IMG/VR virus record: IMGVR_UViG_3300035505_000178
Strand: one strand, 5' to 3'
DNA from: a virus
Taxonomy: Duplodnaviria > Caudoviricetes
DNA length: 64,000 nucleotides
Shown one piece after another: positions 58,129 through 64,000 of the stretch (position 1 is the first letter of the stretch; each line of letters starts with the position of its first letter). Below the pieces are notes generated by a model. That model was not told where the DNA came from. It saw only the letters and a program-made list of their open reading frames with translations, and made no database searches. The position numbers and the translations under genes were made by a program.

Positions 58129-59406
58129 ATGTTTGAAAATTTACAAAATGCTATTCAGACAACAATTTGTTTGATAGTGTATGCTTTTGAAGCAATCGTG
58201 AAGGTAATTCTCCTCATTATAGGAGTAGTGATAACACTTATTTGCAGTATCTTCGGAAAGAAGATTCCAGCAATATTTACAGAATATGCTGTAAATTTTG
58301 CACCTGCTTATAAGTATAATCTGTGCAAGCAGTTGTTTGACTATTATTTCAATCGTAGATAATGTATAGTCTTCGTATAATCTCTCCAAATGGTACTCAA
58401 ACAAACGAGTACCTTGGAGAGTCATACTCTAAGTATGTCGAGAACGGGAAAAAAGTCATTGAGACTTCTAATCACAAGTTCATTTTAAATCCCGAAAATA
58501 AGAACTTTATTGTAACCAAAGAGGGAACAACTTACGAAAAACTATAAAACATGTCAAAGAAAGAAAAAGAGTTCACAGCTGTTGTGAATATATTCAGACT
58601 GAGAAGGTCAGCTGATTACAAAGATTATCGCGAGTTCATAAGAAGATATTATTCTTATAGTAAACTTCCAATCTTGCTTTTACAGCATGGATTGGGAAAA
58701 GTGGTTGGTAATCAGGTAGAGTTTAGCAAAGAACCATTACACATAAGCAAGATAGAAAAATGTCTGTATATTTGCAGACAGCAAAATTACAAATTGACTG
58801 AGGAAGAGTGCATCAAGTATCTCAAGAACCTTGGTTACAAAATTTTTAAGGAGTTATGATATTTGTTATACTATCGCTGTTGTTCCTGTCTTCATGTATA
58901 GATGTTGACAGGAACATTTCTAACATCCTTAAGGTAGATAATAATATTGAACTTACAGAGAATGTTCCGTTTAACCTAGATCTTGTTACTAATGTAAATT
59001 GTAAACAAGGATTCTATTGGTGTACTTATGATAAAGATACAGTTGTATCAATGGATAGAGACACCTATGAATTTCTAATTAACGGATATGAGAGATTTAA
59101 ACTTTATGTTTATAATGGATCATACATTTTAACTTATTATTAAAATGGCTTTAATTTGGATAATTTTCATATTATTATTTATCTATTATGGATGCAGAAA
59201 TACTAAAAAAAGGAAATGAGCTACAAGGCAAAATAAAGTCCATTAAGTTTTTAATTAAACTCTTAGAACAAGAACATCCTACTGCTTTTAAGTTAGGTGA
59301 AGCTATCTATGAGTTTATGGATATGGATCCTGCTTATAAGGATTTAATATTGAAAACTGCTGAAAGTTGTCAAGCTCGATTAGAACGTGAATTTGAAAAT
59401 CTATAA
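58129..59406 (+). CDS. cluster of five small hypothetical genes (58129-58362, 58362-58547, 58551-58859, 58856-59143 lipoprotein-like, 59188-59406)
   Basis: tightly packed track ORFs; 58856 has a signal peptide-like LFLSSC. Confidence 0.6.
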
Positions 59407-59426
59407 ACACTTCTTCTGCTTAGTCA

Positions 59427-59469
59427 GGGATTCGTTGGACATTAAGTTGAAAAACGAATCCCTATTTTT
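59427..59469 (+). terminator. intrinsic terminator
   Basis: AGGGATTCGTT...AACGAATCCCT ATTTTTT. Confidence 0.6.
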
Positions 59470-59916
59470 TGATTATGGACAAAATAATTTTACCTAATAC
59501 ATTGCAAGTAGACAGAGTTGAAGGCAATGTAATTTATCTGAAACCAGGACCTTATCAAGTAGAGACATTACCAAAATTTAATATTGGTGATCATGTTATT
59601 TACAAAGGAAACACTGTAACAATTGTAGGAATATACTATAATGGTATTAAATTGTTATATACTCTTCGAGTTAATCAATTTGAAGATGACATACAATATG
59701 TAGAGGAGGAAGAATTACATGAAAAGATGGATCGTTAATAAGGAAGTACCTCAACTTACAGTTGGAGATTTAGTAACAATATTGTTACAATGTCCAGAAG
59801 ATGCTAAAGTCTTTGCCAGTTCAGGATTTGAATATGACAAAGCTTATTCTGTAGAACTTCAAACAGATAATACTTTATACATATGTGCGAAAAAACTGAA
59901 ATGTTCCGAGAAATAG
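59469..59916 (+). CDS. two small hypothetical genes (59469-59738; 59719-59916, TAG stop)
   Basis: track ORFs; PKFNIGDHV SH3-like motif in the first. Confidence 0.55.
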
Positions 59917-60170
59917 TGGACGAAATGGCAGATTTATATGCTGCTAAGAACTCAGATTATGATGATTCATTTGGTAAATCATTTGAAGAGTATGGTGCTT
60001 ATGCATCTACACAACGTTTAAATGATAAATTAAATAGAATCAAACAACTTCTAAAAACTAACGACGCAAAAGTTAAAACAGAATCGGTGGTCGATACTCT
60101 AACCGATTTGGCATGCTATGCGATAATGTTAAGAATTGAAATCGAAAAACATAATGGGAAACTTGAGTAA
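59883..60170 (+). CDS. DUF1599 / nucleotide-modification-associated domain protein
   Basis: KNSDYDDSF...RLNDKLNRI...ESVVDTLTDLACYAIM. Confidence 0.8.
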   Translation: MCEKTEMFREIVDEMADLYAAKNSDYDDSFGKSFEEYGAYASTQRLNDKLNRIKQLLKTNDAKVKTESVVDTLTDLACYAIMLRIEIEKHNGKLE

Positions 60171-60771
60171 TTGGGCAAGAAAAGAAATTGAACTTGCTTG
60201 TAAAAAAGAAGACGAATATGGAAGAGGATGTTATGAATCAGCACTAAAAGCATACGAAAGTTTGTTAGGTGATGGTCATAGCGGATTCTCTTTTAATTGT
60301 ACTAAGTGGATTCTTATTAGATTAATGAACTCACTTCCACTTTCACCTATTAAAGAAGAGGACTTTGAGGATGCTGTTGTTTCTCATATGGAAGATAAAG
60401 ATTCTTATCAATGTCCTAGAATGTCTTCTCTGTTTAAAGACATAGACCTTAAAGGTAATATTACTTATCATGATGTAAATCGTTCTTACTGTATAAATAT
60501 TGACAATGAAGATGACACGTTTGGTTGTTTTCTTGATAAAGTAGTAGACGATTTATATCCGATTAGTATGCCTTACAGTCCTGAGATTGAAAAGTTTAAA
60601 GTCTATGTAAGACAATTTGTAAAAGGAAATACTGAATATATGGGAGTTATTAAAGTGACTACACCTAAAGGTGATACTATCTATATTAATGGATGGTTGT
60701 TTAAATCAATTGATAATGGTCCTTGTTTCCGTATTACAAGAGAAGAATTTGAAGAAGCATGGAGGAAATAA
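60154..60771 (+). CDS. conserved phage protein
   Basis: WARKEIELAC...DGHSGFS...LSPI...YQCPRMSSLFK. Confidence 0.7.
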   Translation: MGNLSNWARKEIELACKKEDEYGRGCYESALKAYESLLGDGHSGFSFNCTKWILIRLMNSLPLSPIKEEDFEDAVVSHMEDKDSYQCPRMSSLFKDIDLKGNITYHDVNRSYCINIDNEDDTFGCFLDKVVDDLYPISMPYSPEIEKFKVYVRQFVKGNTEYMGVIKVTTPKGDTIYINGWLFKSIDNGPCFRITREEFEEAWRK

Positions 60772-61088
60772 TTGTCTGTATTATAGCATTAATTGTAGTA
60801 GGTATAGCAGCATATAAATCTAACAAGATTATATCTGACTGTACCGAAACAGTTAATGATGCTACCTTTAGAATTGCAGTACTTGAAACACAATTATCTA
60901 GATACGATTGGAATTATGGAATTATCTCACAAGATGATCGTAAAATCGTACTTGTAAAATATGAGGATGGTACTGTTAGTATAGCTAAAACATTTTGTGG
61001 TAAATTTATTGATCAATATCTGAAAAGAGAAGATCAACCAATAGCATACAATGAATATGTCACTAGAGATATTAAAAACTGTATTTAA
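60759..61088 (+). CDS. membrane-anchored hypothetical protein
   Basis: N-terminal TM segment. Confidence 0.6.
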   Translation: MEEIIVCIIALIVVGIAAYKSNKIISDCTETVNDATFRIAVLETQLSRYDWNYGIISQDDRKIVLVKYEDGTVSIAKTFCGKFIDQYLKREDQPIAYNEYVTRDIKNCI

Positions 61089-61387
61089 CTTTTTAAGTGG
61101 ATATTATATTTATGAGCAACATGTTAGGGGAACTAGGTGAAGTTATAGTCTTTATTGTTAAAGCTGCTTCAATACTGTTTTATGTAGTATGTTTTTTAAT
61201 TTTACTTTTAATAGGACTTTTGATATATGTCTTTTGGTAAAGTTAAGATTTGGTTAGAGAATAAATTTTATAAAGATAACCATAAAAAATATCACAAGTA
61301 TTGTAAAGAATGGTTAGATAATTTACTTCCTCACCAATTAAAAGGATTTGAAAAACAGATGTATAATGACGAAAATAATATTTTAAG

Positions 61388-61726
61388 ATGGGATTAGATG
61401 TTGGTATAGATAAAGTCAAAAAGACTGAAATCAGTTATATCCGAAAAGCCTATTTTTTACAAGAATGGCTTTATAAAAGAGGGTATGAAGTTGATAATAA
61501 CAATAGACTTGAGTTAAGAAAACCTCTTGTTGAAATGTTAATTGCCGATTGTAAAGCAGTTGTGGAAGATAATACTTTAGCTGCAAAACTTCTTGAGAAT
61601 CCAGATAGAGAATATGATACTTTCTATTTTAATACTGTTAAATGGGTTCTTGATGTGTTAGAAAAAGTACTTCCAGAATTTGATAATTTGGAAGATGATG
61701 AACAAATTACAATAAGATTTTATTAA
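61388..61726 (+). CDS. MGLD-starting conserved phage protein
   Basis: MGLD...EISYIRKAYFLQEW pattern. Confidence 0.65.
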   Translation: MGLDVGIDKVKKTEISYIRKAYFLQEWLYKRGYEVDNNNRLELRKPLVEMLIADCKAVVEDNTLAAKLLENPDREYDTFYFNTVKWVLDVLEKVLPEFDNLEDDEQITIRFY

Positions 61727-61727
61727 A

Positions 61728-62357
61728 ATGAAAGAAAAGCAAATTACAGTTTCTATTGAAACTGCAATGGATTGGTACAATAGTTCAATTCCTCAATTAA
61801 AAGAACTTGCTTTAAGTATATTTCCAGAAGAAGAATTAAATGAAATCTGGAAACAAGTTACTACATTTGAGGATGCACTTAGAATATGTAATCTTGATGC
61901 AAAAGGAGATGTAACTGATGATTTAGAAATTATTGAACACAATTTTCCTTTTAATCATAAGCAAATTCTTAATTTTTATAAACTTTTTATTGTACATAGA
62001 GCCCTTAATGGAGATACATGGGATCCTTTTGAAACAGAAATTTATGTTCCACTCGTTCATATTTTTAATGATATTGATTCATGTAATAGGTTTGTAAAAG
62101 GTGAAGACTCTTATAATGTTGTACCTATAGATGATGATGACACAATATTTTATTTGGTAGGAGGAGATTGTTATCAACAAAATGATATTTTCAAATCAGG
62201 AGATTGTATATTTTCAATGGCAAATATATGTTGTAAATCAGAAAAAATAGCAAGACATTTTAGTACATATTTCCCAGATCTTTTATACAATGTCTATTAT
62301 GGAAAAACTGTAAATACAATTTGGACTTTAAAAAAAGAGAACAATGATAAATGTTAA
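61728..62357 (+). CDS. hypothetical protein, paralog of 62766-63365
   Basis: WYNS...LKELAL...TFEDA...ALNG...IARHFS.YF. Confidence 0.7.
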   Translation: MKEKQITVSIETAMDWYNSSIPQLKELALSIFPEEELNEIWKQVTTFEDALRICNLDAKGDVTDDLEIIEHNFPFNHKQILNFYKLFIVHRALNGDTWDPFETEIYVPLVHIFNDIDSCNRFVKGEDSYNVVPIDDDDTIFYLVGGDCYQQNDIFKSGDCIFSMANICCKSEKIARHFSTYFPDLLYNVYYGKTVNTIWTLKKENNDKC

Positions 62358-62769
62358 GAAAATAGAAATTCCTGAAGGATATGAATTTGAATGCATTAAA
62401 GATCGTAAAATCATACTTTCTGATATGGCAGGATTTCCAACAACCTATGATGATTGTTTTAAATATTTAAATTTCATTACTGGTGTAGGAGGTTCAAATT
62501 TTGTTCCTGATAATTGTAAAGAACCTATAGAAGCTTTGTGTAAACTTCTTATATGTCGTAATGCTTGGTGGAAGATGGATGAACATTATCGTCCAGATTT
62601 CAACGATCATCTTATAATAAAGTACACAATTAAATGTTATAAAAATAATATTGTCAATTCTCAAACTACTATTGAAAGTTGTATATTAGCTTTCAGAACA
62701 GAAGAGATTAGAAATAGATTTTACAAAACGTTCAAGGATTTAATTGAACAAGCTAAAACATTAATATGA
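62344..62769 (+). CDS. hypothetical protein
   Basis: KIEIPEGYE...ALCKLL.CRNAWW...ILAF...F.DLIEQAK. Confidence 0.7.
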   Translation: MINVKKIEIPEGYEFECIKDRKIILSDMAGFPTTYDDCFKYLNFITGVGGSNFVPDNCKEPIEALCKLLICRNAWWKMDEHYRPDFNDHLIIKYTIKCYKNNIVNSQTTIESCILAFRTEEIRNRFYKTFKDLIEQAKTLI

Positions 62770-63365
62770 CAAAAATAATAGTTGATCTTAGTTTAGGTAA
62801 AGCCGTTAATTGGTATAATAGCGGTAATAAAATTCTTAAAGAATTGGCTCTTCAAGCTTATGATGAATCACAACTCTCAGGTGAAACATGGGTAAACATT
62901 AAAACCTTTGATGATGCTTGTAAATTTCTGAATATTTTTGGAATAGACGAAGTTACTAAAATAAATGTTCCTCATACTCTTATAAAAGAACATCTCAATG
63001 CAATATTTAAAATAGACATTATAAGAGAAGCGTTAAACGGAAATAAATACAATTCAGAAGTTTTTTATCCTTGGGTTAGATTTTACAAGGATGTTAAAGA
63101 AGCAGAAGAGGATTGTAAAGAATATGGATGGACTATACAATCAGATATTAACATTAATAATACTCTATATCATGTTGTTAGTGGAGATTCTTATAGTATG
63201 AGTGAAGGATTTATTAATCTTTATGATAATCTTGGAGCAACTTATGCTGATATGGGTTTATTTGGTTGTAGAACTAAAGAAATTGCTGAACATATGAGCA
63301 ATTATTTCTGGAAAGAGGTTATTGATGCTTGTTATTGTCATTTAGGTAATTATTCGTGGTGTTAG
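62766..63365 (+). CDS. hypothetical protein, paralog of 61728-62357, TAG stop
   Basis: WYNSG...LKELAL...TFDDA...ALNG...IAEHMS.YF. Confidence 0.7.
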   Translation: MTKIIVDLSLGKAVNWYNSGNKILKELALQAYDESQLSGETWVNIKTFDDACKFLNIFGIDEVTKINVPHTLIKEHLNAIFKIDIIREALNGNKYNSEVFYPWVRFYKDVKEAEEDCKEYGWTIQSDININNTLYHVVSGDSYSMSEGFINLYDNLGATYADMGLFGCRTKEIAEHMSNYFWKEVIDACYCHLGNYSWC

Positions 63366-63544
63366 CTTGGTTTGTTATAATTATATTTGTGTATTTCATT
63401 TATTTAGAAGATCACAATGACTGAAGTATTTCTTTGTTCTATAATTGCACTTTTGATATGTGGAGCTGCTACAGCATTTGTATGTTGTAAAGAAAACGAA
63501 TATCGAAAAGAATTAGAAGAACTGAAACGTAAACTTAAAGAAAA

Positions 63545-63793
63545 ATGATTGCAGCAATAATTATCATAGTTCTTATAGTTTTTATAATTTTTACATTTGA
63601 CGAATCTGATAATAAAGAAATTACTTGGTTAAATACCAAAGTTAAAGAGTTAGAAGAAGAAAATCTTAATTTAGAACGTCAGTTAAAAAATTATGATGTT
63701 GAAATTAAGCATCTTAGAAGAATGTTAAGTGTATATGAAGAATATGAAAGATTTAAATTGAAAAGAGATGAAAAATCAAATAAAAATTCCTGA
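63545..63793 (+). CDS. TM plus coiled-coil small protein
   Basis: track ORF. Confidence 0.55.
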   Translation: MIAAIIIIVLIVFIIFTFDESDNKEITWLNTKVKELEEENLNLERQLKNYDVEIKHLRRMLSVYEEYERFKLKRDEKSNKNS

Positions 63794-64000
63794 TAACTTT
63801 GAGATAGATAAAATAGAAAATGGAACTATCTACCTCAAAGAGAAAGATGTTATTCCTAAAAATTGGAATGAATGTGTAAATACATATGCCAGTGGAGAGT
63901 TTGAAGCTATAAACAATCTTTCGGTTGTTACAACTATAAAGAATCCAATAGTAGGTACCCGTAATTATAATATTCTTCCTAAAGGTTTAGGTGATCCAAT
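63768..64000 (+). CDS. partial gene, paralog of 62344-62769
   Basis: MKNQIKIPDNFEIDKIENGTIYLKEK...PKNWNEC; runs off the window. Confidence 0.55.
   Translation, partial: MKNQIKIPDNFEIDKIENGTIYLKEKDVIPKNWNECVNTYASGEFEAINNLSVVTTIKNPIVGTRNYNILPKGLGDP

Noticed and set aside
49129-58425. Track ORFs 49129, 51734, 53115, 53640, 53846, 53886, 54001, 54448, 56619 and 58141
   Set aside because: Antisense to, or out of frame within, better genes, terminators or the hammerhead.
1-64000. Phage-encoded release factor or aminoacyl-tRNA synthetase supporting recoding
   Set aside because: No GGQ-type release factor or synthetase motifs recognised here; they may lie outside the window.

Overview
This window is part of a crAss-like (Crassvirales-type) phage genome, probably infecting Bacteroidota, and it uses two genetic codes. 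From 1 to about 52,000 (packaging, head, tail and lysis genes) TAG encodes Gln. The fragmented ORF track joins into full-length terminase, portal, tail fibres, endolysin and others when TAG is read through, and TAG falls on conserved Gln positions. From about 53,650 to the end (small plus-strand, probably early genes) TAG is still a stop. The major capsid gene is split into 4 exons by three group I introns: two carry GIY-YIG homing endonucleases and one carries a 48-aa hydrophobic ORF. The most striking feature is at the code boundary: a tRNA-Gln-type amber suppressor whose CUA anticodon is interrupted between U35 and A36 by a 229-nt group I intron (52458-52758, minus strand). The anticodon exists only after splicing, a candidate ribozyme-gated switch for the late genetic code. 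Other observations are a type III hammerhead ribozyme and a degenerate copy, an ACGX-repeat-like peptide, a LysM/L,D-transpeptidase/SLT fusion, a shared KL[IV][KR]RxxxG N-terminal motif, and a 2095-aa protein with a CotH-like domain. All calls come from manual reading and remembered family motifs; no searches were run.
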